DNA of 64,000 nt from Camelus ferus (Eukaryota), in contig NC_045697.1 of NCBI RefSeq assembly GCF_009834535.1, positions 4,590,001 to 4,654,000 of the forward strand, given 5' to 3'. The position numbers and the translations under genes are program-made. Below, one piece after another: positions 11,391 to 24,700 of the stretch. Below the pieces are notes generated by a model. It was not told the origin of the DNA, ran no database searches, and saw only the letters and a program-made list of their open reading frames with translations. Numbering within the stretch: position 1 is the first letter of the stretch; the number at the start of each line of letters is the position of its first letter.

Positions 11391-14300
11391 CAGTAGTTAC
11401 TGACCGCCTGCTCTGGGTGCTTCCTGGGGTTAGAAAGATGAAGCTTTGTCCGCTGGGGGTCACAGACCAAAGGAGAGACAAGGTGCTGGGGGCATTAAGG
11501 TTATTGACAAGGTCCCATGGCTGCCCAGAAATGGGATGCCTGGAAGAGGGTTTTTCCCCCCAAGTTTATGATTTTTTAATGACACAAGACAAAACAAAAC
11601 AAGCAAACCCCACTGATGATCTTTGGAGGGTGGTAGGAACCAGCTCCTTATTCTGAAACCTGGTACATAAGGAGAAGGAACCGCGAGCCTGTCTGGTCTC
11701 TCGTGTGTGGCTTATACCTCCAGGTAATCGGATAGTTTGTGGGGACAAGTTCTTTATATGATGGTCTGGGATAGGTGTTTTAATGGTGACATCTGGTTCC
11801 CTTTCATCTCATGCAGAGGTTATGGTGAAGATCAGTGGACTGGGAGCTTGCAATTTGCACTTTCTAAGCTGAGTTTTTAAAGAGAGAAGGCACGTCAAGC
11901 AGCCTTGATCCTATCAGAATCGCAGAGGGACAAGTCCAGCTGGGGCTCCTGGGGGTGGTTCCCACCTCCGGAACTCGGGGGAGTGTTAAGTTACAGCCTG
12001 GACGCGGCTTCATGTGGGGCTTCAAAGAGACTGACCAGGACCCCACAGGTGCCCGAGGGAGGGACCAGAGGTTGTCAGACAGGGAGGCCCCCAGGGCTGG
12101 AGTGCAGGGAGGGCTCCCAGGCCAGGCTGCCCCTGCCGCTCACCAGTCACGTGGTTTGGGGGAGGCTCCGTTTTCCCATCTGTCACGTGGGCGCAGATGC
12201 CCAGCTGTCACGCCTGGACCTCGTGCTCTACTTTGGGTTCACTTGGTTACTTCTTGGTGCCTCACTTTTTTGCCCCAAGGCACCCCGAGCATCCCAATTA
12301 CTTAGGTCTTTCCCTCCAGGAAACTTCTTGTTCCGCCTGTGCCTCTCGCCTGACCACATCCACCTCTCCGGGGGTGACAGGTGATGGTCCTGCAGCTCCT
12401 CTCCCCGTGTCTGCACCCCTAAAGGGGACTTGACAACCGACTCTCCAGCTGGTAGAGTTTGGATCAATGGGAAAGGGAGGGTCATGTCTGAGGTCACAGA
12501 GGGCGACTTCTTCATCTCACAGGCTGGTTCCTGGCAGGAAAGAGGAGACGCCCCAAAAAGGGTAACTGAAGAGCGTGTACTTACTGTTGGGGGGCGAGGG
12601 AAGGGGATAGGGGATGGCAAGAAGGAAAGCAGGTACCACCCGAGGGCTACAGGACCAGGAGAGGGCGCTGCTGCCCCCAGGCTGTGAGACAGATGCCCTG
12701 CCCCTGCAGACCTGCTCCTGCTGGAGCAGAGAATAAATTCTGGAACCTTCTCTTCTGCTTCCCTCCACACTCCTCCTTGTGCCTCTCGTTGGCTAAACCA
12801 AACCAGAAGTCAGAGACCAAGTGAGAGGTCACCCTTAAGGGCAGCCTCCTAGGGTTGTCTTAGAGGTCGGCCTCCTGGGGCCCAGAAAATGGACAGAGCT
12901 GGGGGCTGGGAGGACAGCAGAGTGCGAAGGAACAGATGGGAGACTCAGCTGGCCACCATCAACCTGAGCCCGGCACAGAGTAGACGCTCAAGAAAAATTC
13001 AAGTCTCCTTCAAATGATTAATAGAAGCCACTGAGATGGAAAGAAAGAGGCTTCGGAAGGAGGCAGATGGCCAGGTGAGTCTGAGCTGTGACTCTTAGGG
13101 TGGCAGCTCCGGTGTGCTCAGAGACTGGTTTTGTCCCGCCTGGGGCCCTTCTGTGAGTCCCCGATGCACAGATGCTCCGTGCAGGGTCACAAAGCGTGTG
13201 TGTGAATACAACATAGGGCTTTCCCTCCCCCGGACCTCCGGCAGGCTAATCCATGCTGGGGAAGATGACGTGGAGGAAGATGAAGTGAGTCCCAGAGGTT
13301 TGGCTTTAGCCAAACCTTTGACCTGGGACCAGGAGCCCACTCAGCCCCAGGGGAATCTGTGTGCCAAGCTAAATTGGGAACAGCCCCTGAAGGAAGATGG
13401 ATCGAGATGTCACGCGGTTGCTGGGTTGTCTAATCAGGATGCTGCTTACGAAGGGAAACCCCTCGCCCTCTGCTTCAGCTCTCAACATGGTGGGGGCTGG
13501 GGCTCCCAGGACCCAGCAAGATCCTCTCCTTCACTGGACGAGTTTTAAAATTCTCAGCCCAGAGCACCTCCCCGTGCAGATCAAGTGATGGAGCCACACG
13601 TCTTTCATCAAGATTTATTCTATGAATCTCAGGATGGGCTATGGGGCCAGATGTGCTTGGTGTGAATTCCAGCCACTACTCTCACAAGCTATGGGGCCTT
13701 GGACCGGTGTCTCAGGGGGCTGTGCCTCAGTTTCCCTCCCTGTAAAATGGGTTTTCATAAGAGCGAGTGAATTAGAGCAGAGGGGCTGGCTCATAGTCAG
13801 TGCCTGGAAAGTGTTAGCTCTCCCCCTTCTCACCTCCCAGCCCCCAGAAGTCCTCCCAGACCCTCCGCCTGGTGCCGCTGCGCTCCCCAGACTCCACGTC
13901 CCATGGCCCCGATCAGCCCTGTCCCGGCCACCTTGCTCTTTGTTGTCCTGTCGCCTGCCTGTCTCTCTCCCCACAAGGCTCCATGCTCCTCCAAGACAAG
14001 ACCCACCTTTTCATCTCTGTCCCCAGCGCAGTGCAGCACAGCCTGGGAGGGCGGAGGCTCCGGGAGGTCCGCCAAGGTATTAAGAGGGCACGTTTCTACC
14101 CCCCAGTCAGAGCGGGGGCTGTGCCGGGCTGCTCCGGGGCACTCGTTCTGTCTTGATGCTACGCCTTCCGCTCCTTCCCTTGGTCAGTCGCCCCTTTGCT
14201 CCGCCTAGGGTCCCCAAGGTGCAGGTTGACCTAATCCCCCTGTGTCTCCACTTCCTCAAATGAAAGGGAGATAAGCCACAGAATCTGTCTTATGTCCGTG

Positions 14301-14419
14301 TAGGAGGACGTGAACTAAATATGTAGGTGCTTAGAGCAGGGCCTGGCGTAAAGCAAGTCCTCACCAAATACTTGACAGTTGTATTATTTTTGGTAAAATG
14401 ATTTAAGCCCCACCAGCTA

Positions 14420-14640
14420 CTGACTTTATGCTGGGCATTTTTCAAGGCCTTTCCACACGTTGTTACATTTAATTTGTGTAATGATGCCGAGAAACTGGTA
14501 CCACCTCCTATTTCACAGATGCTGAAACCAAGACTTAGAGCAGACAAGTCACTCTCCGAGTCACGCAGTGATTGACAAAGGTGAGATTCCAACCCCTTTG
14601 GGTCCAGTCTGACCCCAAGCTCCTGACCTGTCCTCAGACA
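14420..14640 (-). mobile_element. MIR SINE
   Basis: CCTATTTCACAGATGCTGAAACCAAGACTTAGAG core. Confidence 0.7.
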
Positions 14641-15789
14641 CACTGCCTGATCTTAGCTCTGAGCAAACCAGATGCTACAATTGATTTTTCTGGCATTGAT
14701 CATCTCTGCTTTCCGGAGTGTGCGGGATAAAGGCCTTTTCAGTCCATTGGTAACCCACCCTCTACCCCCTATTATTTCAAATCAGCTGCCACCTCTCCCC
14801 ACAGTTTCCTTAGGCAGCTGGACTGGGATTTCCCCTGAGAGCCCGCCCCTCCCCTGGTACCTGGCGGATGCCCAGCATGCCATAAATATGCACACAGTTG
14901 AGCTGAAAGCCACTCTTAAGAATAAACATCAGTAAATAGGAGGTTTGGGGGACTGAAACCAAGACATAAGAAGGACAAAGAAGGGAAATGGGGTCTTCAG
15001 TTTGGAGGAGACTTGGGGGACATCCATCCCCAAGGAGATGTGGGTGGGAGGGGGCCCCACATTGAACTGGGGAAAGTCTAGGTCTGGGGTCAGGCCAATC
15101 TGGGTCCCAGCTCCTGACTTAGAGTGAGGGTCCTTATTTCCCTCAGCCCCTCTGTAAGATGGGGATGGTGCTTGCCTACATCTAGAAAGTGGCCTAAGGG
15201 ACTAGCTCCAGAATCTGCCACTTAACCAGCACACTCTCCTGTCCCTGTAAGACAATGCGATGACATTGCAAGGTTGCATGGGAGATTCTATTAAATATCA
15301 CTCCCCCCAGCCTGAGCTCAAATTGAAAAAACTCTGGCTGCATAAAGGATAAACGTCAACATGTTGAAAGCGAACGTCTCCTCATGGTGGCATTCCTTCC
15401 ATGTGTTTTTGTTTCTTTGTTTCTTGTATTTTTCCAATTTACTTGAATAAACATATATCCATTTTTAGAAGCAGAAAAAACCTGTTATTTAAAACGTTTC
15501 TCAGTAGCTGCTGTGCCATGCTTGGCTAGGCACTGGGCATATTTTTAAGGATTTTATATTATCCTGGTTTTTCAGGCATTCTCTGGAAAGCTTCTAGCCT
15601 GACCCAGAATAGAGACTCAGCAAACGTCTAGCTAGGGAAAGTCTAGGTCTGGGGTCAGGCTAGTCTGGGTCAGGCCAATCCAGGTCCCGGAGGGAAGTTA
15701 AGAGGAGGTGGGGAGAAGGTATGGAGGAGAGGCTTCCAGGATGAGAGCAAAGTGATGTGAGCAGTGGCAAAGGAAGTAGGGACTGGGGA

Positions 15790-16000
15790 CAGCACACCAG
15801 AGCCCCAGTCTGTGCTCTGCCATCTGCTGGTTGTGCAACCTTAGGCAAATTGCCTCATCTCTTGGGGCCTCAGTCTCCGCATGAGCAATGATGGTTCTTA
15901 ACTCATAGGGTTGCTGTAAGAATTATAAGAGCTTTAAACTTGGAAAACACTTAGAGCTTGGCACAAAGGAAGCACTCAGTTAATGTAAATCATCATCATC
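15790..16000 (+). mobile_element. MIR SINE
   Basis: ACCTTAGGCAAATTGCCTCATCTCTTGGGGCCTCAGT core and tail. Confidence 0.7.
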
Positions 16001-16429
16001 AGAACAATTTGACAGAAGGAAGCTTTATTGGTTAAATATTGGTGAATGAAAAAACAACCCGCAAAGCTTACTGATTAAAACCACCACCATTTTATTTATT
16101 TACTTATATGGGTGAGGTTTTTGCCGGTTTCACCTGAGCCATTCATGTGACAGTACTCATCAGATTGTTCAACTGGGGCTGGGTAGTCTAAGACAGCCTC
16201 ATGTCTGGTGGTTGGGACCAGCCATCAGTGGGCTGGTCTGTTCAGCGAGGGTGCTCAGCTCTGCCCCACGTGGCCTCTCATCCTCCAGGAGGCTAGCTCA
16301 GGACTCTGCACCTGGAAGTCTCAAAGCAGCAATCCAAGAGAGAGAGCAGGTGCTTCAACATCTTCTGAGGCCCTGCTACCTTGCCAGGCACATTGACTTC
16401 CATGTCATTATCCGCACAACAAAGTATGC

Positions 16430-16760
16430 TCCCTATTGCATTGAGGACTTCACTGTACTAGGAATATTCCAGCCAAGTCTGCAGATCCTTAAAAATGACA
16501 GACAGTGAGAGTTAGCCTGCAAAGTAGGGGCTGGGAGGAGGGCACTAAGGTTCTTTCTTACAGAAAGAAATTCAGGAGTCAAAGAAAATGCATGATAGCA
16601 AGCTGAATCATGGATGAGAGGTACGATTTCTGTTGTACAACAGGATGGCAAAATCATGTTGATTTCGCTGATGAGAAATATATTGATATCAGCAGAGGCA
16701 TGAGGTTCTCCTCAAGTGCTAAGGAAGAGAGAGGTGCATGATTTTTGAGGGGGCTTGAAT
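16430..16760 (+). mobile_element. Ancient CR1/L3 LINE ORF2 remnant
   Basis: GATAGCAAGCTGAATCATGGATGAGAGGTACGAT...GGCAAAATCATGTTG resembles degenerate L3 RT-region sequence. Confidence 0.45.
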
Positions 16761-18059
16761 TAACAGGGGGAACAGAATGGCCTAGCCACAGTCTGTCTTG
16801 TGGGAGCTCTCGATGAGGTCACTTTGTGGTGTTTTGGCCACAGAATGCAGGAGGACGTGGGCACAGAACTTTCTCCACGTGTTCATTGCTCCTGCCTCTG
16901 GACATTTGGTGCCAGTGAGTTTGGGGTTAAAGTGAGGTGCAGTCCTGGGTAGGGTGGAGTTGTTAGCAGCAGACAACTACTCCTGCCAAGAACAATGAGA
17001 AAGGCTGTTTTATATAAAATATAAAAAGGATCCACTGAAATCCTCAGGGAGCAGCTGAAGCAGCGAGGACCACGGGAGTCAGCTTCTGGAGAGGGGAGAT
17101 CCATGGGGAGCCAGCTGCTGCTTTTCTTTGTTGTTGTTTTGTTTTGTTTTGAAACCTGGGGGAAAGGCAGTGAGTCCAGGCCTGGTCCACTGGATACTGC
17201 TGCTGGAGGCAGAGATACCCACTCATGGGGCCAGAGAGACAAAATTAGAGATGGAGGCCGGAGAGTCAAACACCTGGTTCATTTTCTCCTCCAGACATTT
17301 GCCAGATTCTAAAGCTGTGCAGGGTGGGGAGTAGATGAACAAATAAGAAAACCTTTTACAGTAGAGCAGAGTTTTCCATAGTCTGGATGCTGAGAAGAAA
17401 ATGACCCAGGCTGTACCAGGGAAAGCACCGAGTGAGCACACTGCTGGGCTGCTGTAGGTATTCGAGTTCATGGCCCCCTTGCAGCCACAGGGGAGCTTCC
17501 AGCAGGGAATGCCTTTGTGTGTTTTAGGAAGACCATTTTGGATCCTGTGTGGGGCAAGAATTGGAGGGGAGAGAGCAGTGGAGACAGGGCGGCGTGAGAG
17601 CGTGCTGCGTGGTTGTGGACAATGACTGAGGGGCTGCATGGTGATTGATTTGTTCTATTTCTTTCATAAATCAAAGAAGCAGATAAACATGAGCAGACAG
17701 AGGAAGGCACGCTATTTGATGAATGGTCCATCTGTCTAAGCAGCAAACTTGGGAAGATTAGGGTGAAGCCAAGGCAGAAAGAGGCGTCATTTGTCTTAAA
17801 TTATAAAAACGAAAAGAAAACTGACATTATATTATGAAAGGGATTTGACAGATTTTTACAATGAGAGAGAAGAATTGGTCTTGATCCGGGTGATATTTAG
17901 CAGAACTGAAACTGAGGATGATCTCAATTAAGTTTTAAAAATAAGGCAGCTACCTGAGACGTGGGGATGAATCAGCTCAACTATCTCATTTGAGGAAACT
18001 GAGGCCCAGGGAGAAAAATGGCTTGTTTAGAAGACCTAGTAAACTGATTGCAACCCCCC

Positions 18060-19720
18060 CGCCAATATCTTTTTCACTTGTGGGGACTTGTTCTATTGCC
18101 AAGATTATGATCACTTTTTTGCAAATGTTCCATGTGTGCTTGAAAATGATGTACTTAGTTATTGCTAGTGTTAGACTCTTATATATCATTATATCAAGGT
18201 TGTTAATTGTGTTCTTCAAATATGATTTGTCCTTATTGGTGCTTTTGTATGCTTGATCTGTCAAAGTCCGAGGGAGAGGTATTCAATCATCCAACTATGG
18301 TATAGATTAAGCAATTACTCTTTCCAATTTTCTTAAATTTTACTGTGTATTTTGAGGCTATATTATTCAGTGCATATAAGTCTAGTATTTTTCTATCATG
18401 CTATCAATCTTTGTTTTACAATTACGTAGTGACCCTCTTTATATTTAATAATGTTTTATGTTTTCAAGTCTGTTTTGTTTAATGTTAAATAGCTACATTG
18501 AGTTTCTTTGGTGATTAGCATTTACTTGGCACAACTTTTCCCATTTTTTAATAATCAATCTTTCTCTGTCCTTACATTTTATATATGTCTCTGGTAACAG
18601 CACATCGCTGTATTTTAGAAATCCAATAGGATGGGCCCTGTATTTTTAATGGAGAGTTTAGTCCATTTATAATTATTATAATAACATGTACATTTGATTT
18701 CCATCATCTTGTTTTGTGCCTATTATTTACCCTACCTTTGCTATGATTCTTGTTCTTCTCTTTTCTTTCTTTCTGTAAAACTGATTAAGTTTTCTTTACT
18801 CCCTTTTTACCTCAAGTATACATTATATTTCTATTCTTTTAGTGACTACCTTTTAACATTTCACTGTGCATCCTTGGACTAATATCTCTACCTTCCTCCT
18901 GTACACAGGATCCTAGAAGGCTTCAATTATCACACATCTTTTTGCATCTTTCATATTATTCGGTAATATATTTCCGCTCTACTTTATACATCTCAAATTA
19001 GTCATTGTTATTTTATATCATCAATACTTGTTTAAATTTACCAATTTCTTTACTTACCATTCCTTCTTATATTTTATTTTTTCCTTTTGGGTTCAGTTTA
19101 GTTCCCCCTGGAGCCTCCTGATTACTAGCACTTTATCAGCAAGGTATTTTAGCAGTTAACCTTCTCAGTCTTTGCCTGAAAATGTCTTTATTTTGTTTTC
19201 ACTATTGAATGATCTTTTAGCTGGGTACAGAACTCTAGATCCTCAATTATTCTTGGTAATATGACAAGGTTATTCCATTGTCTTCTTGCTTCTATCAAGA
19301 CAGCTGCTATTGGTGTAACTGCCATTTATTTTTATGTAATCTGTCTCTTTCTCTCTCTCTAGGTGCTTTTAGAATCTTCTCTTTGTCTTTGGGATTATAA
19401 AGTTCTGCTATAAGACATATTTATTTTTATTTATCCTATTTGGAACCTTTTGATTGTTTAATCTGAGGATTTATATTTTTCAGCATTTCTGGAAAAGTCT
19501 ATCATTATGTATTTGAATATTACCCTCCTTCCTTTTTCCTTTCTTTTCTTCTGCAACTCACATTAACATTGCTGGACTGTCTCATTTTTTCTCAGCGGCT
19601 CATAGCCTCTCTTTCATGCTTTCCAACTCTTATCTCTCCAAATAATGTTCCAAATAATTTCCTCAGACGAATCTTCAAGTTTGTTATATTCTTCTGCAGC
19701 ACGAAGACTGTATTCAGACT
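18060..19720 (-). mobile_element. Old L1M internal (ORF2-region) fragment, AT-rich and degenerate
   Basis: AAATGTTCCATGTGTGCTTGAAAATGATGTA, TTGCCTGAAAATGTCTTTATTT, TTAGCTGGGTACAGAACTCTAG; sharp drop in GC. Confidence 0.8.
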
Positions 19721-21288
19721 GTTAGGGTTCAGACTTAGACCATGTGACCGTTCTGCACTTCAGGAAGGTATTACTGGCCCAGAAGCATCAGAAATATCAC
19801 AGGCCTGTGGGCGTTAGGGATATTAGGAGTTTTATAACCAGAGTTTCATTGGCTCAAGAAACCTTTTTCTGTTCATTTACTGACTGGAGGCTTATGGGCC
19901 GTTTGGATGCTATGAGTTTAACTCCACATTCCCACGAGATGCAGGCCTATTCTCACATACTCTCAAGGGAGGTATTTTTTCCCACCTAGAGCTCAGACAA
20001 GCATTCTTGTGATCTCTTGTGCTAAAAACAGAATTTCCCCATCTGATCTATTCTTTTGCTGAGGGACTAGTCTTCATTTTTATGGTGGTCTCAGTTCCAG
20101 GTCTGTGATTCTCTGTATAAGTGTTAAATTCCATTCCCCTAACTTACAGGGATCAGTGCAGCCTTCCCGGGGCATCATCTTTCATGCAGATTTCCCTTAC
20201 TGGCTTGTGAGTTCAACCCTTCATGCAGAAGATGCTTACAAAGAGCTTTATCCAACAACGTGAAGGTTATCCCGTCCACCACATTGGGGGAGGCTGAAGT
20301 CTTCCTTGGTCTTCTTAACAACCTCACACCTTGCATGGAGCCCAGATCAAGGTTGGATTCAGGACATATCTGTTGAATGGAGACTGGATGACTGGACACC
20401 TAAGAGCCCAGGCTTCCAGTTCAGAGCCTTGACCACCACTTGGGACCATCTCCATCTGCTCAGGAGTCTGGTCCTAAACACAGGAGACCATGCCTGGAAG
20501 GAGGATATTAGGAATTTAATTGGAGGTTGTGATATTGCCTCCTGAGGTCAGTTAATGAATGTTTCTTATTCAGCCTGATGCTCTCCATGTCCTGAGCCCG
20601 GTGGTAACTAAAGTAGCCACTGCCTTACAGGGTAGTGAATGCCTGGCCCATGGGGCAGTGCTTCTCAGAGGTCAAAGTGCACATGCTCACCTGGGGCAAA
20701 TAGGGCAGTAGATCTGGGTCTGATTCTGTGTTTCCAGTGAGTTCCAGTGATCACAAGCTCATCCTGTGGAAACACTGAAGGAAGAATCCAGTCAGTGCTG
20801 GCAACTCCAAGATGAGTGAGCTCAGGCTCCGGGATTAACCGAAGGGTTGACTCCAAATCCCATGTGGCACCTTCTCTGCACCCACCCCTGCCCCCCTGAT
20901 GGTCTCTCATCTCTGAGCCTCAGCTCCCTCTTCTGCAAAACAGTTTCCTGATAAAGCTGCTGGGAGGGAAAAATAACACCCTTCAATCACAGCAGTCATG
21001 GATCTAGAACTTTCTGCCTGCCAAGCAGTGCTTTTGGCGCGCACGTGCATCAGCTGGGAAAAGGAGGCACAGCAGTCACCCGGGGGCACAGCTCTGATCC
21101 CCCAGCCAGAACGTGGGGGGCTAGGTTTGAACCCAGGTGGTCCAGGTCCACATGCACACTGTCAAGTCAACACTATGCTGCCTCCCAGGCTATGGGAGGA
21201 TGCTTGCATGATCTCTGGCCCATAAACGTGAAAACACATTATTGGCCACAAATGTTACTATTGTAAATGTCATTATTGTTATTACTAC

Positions 21289-21779
21289 TGTTGCAGCAAA
21301 GTGTGTTACAGCTCAGTGTGACAGCTCAGTTGTGACAGCAACCTGGATCCTGGCGAGAGACCAAGCAGCACTTGGAGAGTTGGAGAACTCAGGTTTATTA
21401 TGCTAGCGGGCCCAAAGGAGTTAACGCTCTAAGCTCTGGACCCCGTCTTTAGGTTTACACAGGCTTTTGTAGGCTACCAGTCTAGACTTTACAACATTTT
21501 GCAACATCATATGCAAATGAGGTATAACAAAGGTGACTAATTAGGAACAAGCTTTGTAGAAATGGACCAATCAGGAGTGAGGGAAATGGACCAATCAGGA
21601 GTTAGCTCAGGGAACCAATAAAATCTTAGGAGTGAGTTCCACTTTCTTAGAAGTAAGCTGTTTCAGAGTTTAAAAAGCCAGATAATGCCCCTGGGCCAGG
21701 GAACTGGATGGTGCCTGCAGAAGAGTAGTGGCCCTGCCTGGGGGTCCTGCCGGTCTGTTTCATGGGGCTTCCCACCTCT
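21289..21779 (-). mobile_element. Young ERV-type solo LTR (491 bp) with 4-bp TSD
   Basis: Starts TG at 21289; CTAC at 21285-21288 and 21780-21783; terminal CA appears changed to CT; minus-strand AATAAA at 21394-21399; inserted in a (TAT/TAC)n tract. Confidence 0.8.
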
Positions 21780-24700
21780 CTACTATTACTACTACTGTTA
21801 TTATTTACAAGTAATCCTGTTCCCAGGCCCTGGAATCTCCCAGATCCACATGTGGAAGGAAGACTTGCTCCTCCCGGTCTGGCTGCAGAAATGACGTATG
21901 AGATGAGGATAAGGATGGGTAGGTGAGATGGGGGCAGATGACTTGAAGCTAAGAAATGGGCAAGGAATGTGCCAGGGATTGGTGCGGCTGGGATGAGGAC
22001 TCACGGAGAAGCAGCAGGACACAGAGCAAAGCTGACTGGGCCAGATCACAGAGGACATTAGAGGCCAGACCAAGGAGCTGGGAATTCTACAGGAAATGAG
22101 ACACCGTGAAAGTTCTTGTGTAGAGGAGTGGAGATTGATTTTTTTTAAAGCTCAATTCTGTGTTGAGCTTTCCCATAAAGGGAAACTTGCAGAAATTTTT
22201 GTATGGATGGTATTTGGACAGAAGGATCATAAAGGCAGCAGTGGCATGTGAAAGATCAATGCGTTTGAATGATTCATGATTTTGAAGAAGAGCTGCTGAC
22301 ACTTCCTGTGGGCTCCCCAGGTGCTGGGCACTCATTACTATTTATTTAGTCATTTAACCTTCACGGGCACCCAGTGGGGCCCTGTATTTTGATCATCCCT
22401 TCTTGCAGATGCAGAAACTGAGTCAGAGAGGATAAGTAAATTGTCCAGGGGCTCAGGTGGCGAGGGCGCTGGTTCTGGAGTCCACTTTCCACCCCTAAAC
22501 CAACGACGTCATTCCTCCAGTTTTAGAGGGACCGAGGGAAGGCGGCCCTGGCTCCCTTCCCTCCTCTGCTCCCCCTTGCTCTCTGGTCTCCTCCTTCCCT
22601 GACGCCCTCCTCCTGCCCCTCCCCACTGCAGGCTTGCCACCAGGATCCCAGCCTTTTGGCTTTTTTTCTGTCTTAAGGGGGACCACTTAAGGGCTACTGG
22701 AGCACCTGCCTTGAGAATGGGTCCTCCATGTGGGTCCAGGCCGGAGAGGACCTCGCTGCTGCCCCACAAGCGCCTGAGCCCTGCAGGGAGAAGCCACTGC
22801 AGGACAGAACAGGGTGAAACAGCCCTGCCTGAGACAGCCCCCACCCCCTCCATCCCAGCAGCAGACATTTAGCGAGTCTGGGCTGGCCGGGTATTGGTGT
22901 TAGGGACACAGGGATGAGAGAGACAGCGCCAGCCCTCAGGGACTCTGGTCACATGAGCGAGGAACTGGAGTGTAGCCTGATGTGATGGATGCGTGTTGGG
23001 AGAGGAGAGGTCATGGAAGTTCCCGGCGGTGGCAGATGGAGACTGTGGGGGTGGGAATGGGGGGGGGGCAGACAGGAACGACCACTCAAAGAGGCTGGCG
23101 AAGTAGAAAAACCCCCAGTCACAAAGTTCTGGGAACGGGACCATTAGCCTCTGGAGCTTGGATCTTCTCCCAGAATCAGTAGGGAGCCACCCAGAGTTTT
23201 GAAGCAGGGCCATACCAGCGTATATTTGTATTCTGTGAAGTGAATTTTAAAAAGCACTTTAAAAAAAGTGTTTTCCTGTGCCCCACTGCATCTGATCCTC
23301 CTCCGCCCTCTGTGAGAGAGGAGGGCTGGTCAGACAATCCCCATGTTACAGATGGGGAAACTGAGTTGCAGAAGGACTGAAAAAGGACTAAACTTACTGA
23401 GTTGCTTATGATCAATGTAGCAAAACCAGGCTCCGGTGCAGGACTTCTCGCCTCGGCGCTCCTCCTCGTCCCTGGGTTGGGAGGTAGCTCTTCTGAAAGG
23501 AGACTTCCCTATGAAAGCTTATCTAGAGCAGAGGTCAAGAGGATAACAGTTACAAATAATGATGATAATCTCTTTGCCATTTGTCGAGTGCCTGCTGTGT
23601 GCCAGTGTGCTAGCTGTCAGTAACGCATCGTCTGCACCAGTCCACAAGCTGGCAACGTCCTCCTGCAGCGAAGGAGGCTGAGGTTCCGAAGAGCTGAGCT
23701 GCTTTCTATGTGGTGGCGGATCTGGGAGTTCTGTGCCCTCTTTGACAGGTGGATCCTCTAAAAGAGCCCAGCCTCCCTGCTCGTGTGGGGGCTCTACTAC
23801 CGGACCAAGGATGGAAAGTGCTAGAGTGCAAATGAAACCCTGCTCTCTGGGGCGTTCAGCTAAGTCCTGTGGGCGTGGTTCATCTGCCTGAGAAGACAGG
23901 TGGCCACTGGCCTAATACCTAGCAGGTTACTCAGTTCCATCTGCCGTCCTGCCTGGGAAGATGGGCAGAAGTCCAAACACTGCAGAAATGAGGCCCCAGA
24001 AAGTCGTGGTATTAGAAAGAGCTGAGTGTTCGGGGGTCCAGATATTCAGTGGGCGAACACTGAGCAGCACGGCTTCTAACCGAGCTTCCTGGGTGGCCTC
24101 TTACAGTTCGACTCACTGCCCAGCCTATGTCTCCCTTTCTCTGGGTGCTCTGTAAACTTTCTTGAATAAATGAACAAAGGGAGGAAATAACATTTAGACA
24201 ATGATGACACAAGGTGGTGAATTCTGTGTTAAAGCCCAGAGGAAGAGGCCTGGATCCAGCCAGGGGATGAGTGGGTGGATGGAGGGAGCAGGCGTGTGTA
24301 ATCCAAGAAGGCTTCCTGGAGGAGGTGGGCATGAGTCTTCCTGCGGAGAGAGTAGGAAGTGGCGGAGGGCTGCTGTGTTAGAAGGATGGAGAGAATGAGA
24401 GCAGAGTCAGCGGCTGGTGTTTGGAGAGTGGAACCATGGAGGACTCAGGGTCAAAAGAGGCAGGTTATTAGTTCTGTTTGGTCTCTTAAGAGCTGCACAA
24501 CCTCAGAGAAAATAACTCTCTGTGTCTAAGCCCCTATTCTCTTCCATGAAGTGAGAACCCCGGTCAGTAAGCCCACCTCCCCCCCGGGAGACTGAAAGTG
24601 GAAAGTGGTCACCAATGTGAGGGTGTGTCCCCCTGCACAGGAAGCCAAACGTGACTCCTCCTGGCGCCATTCAGACCCCCGAGGAGACACGTCTGTTTTC

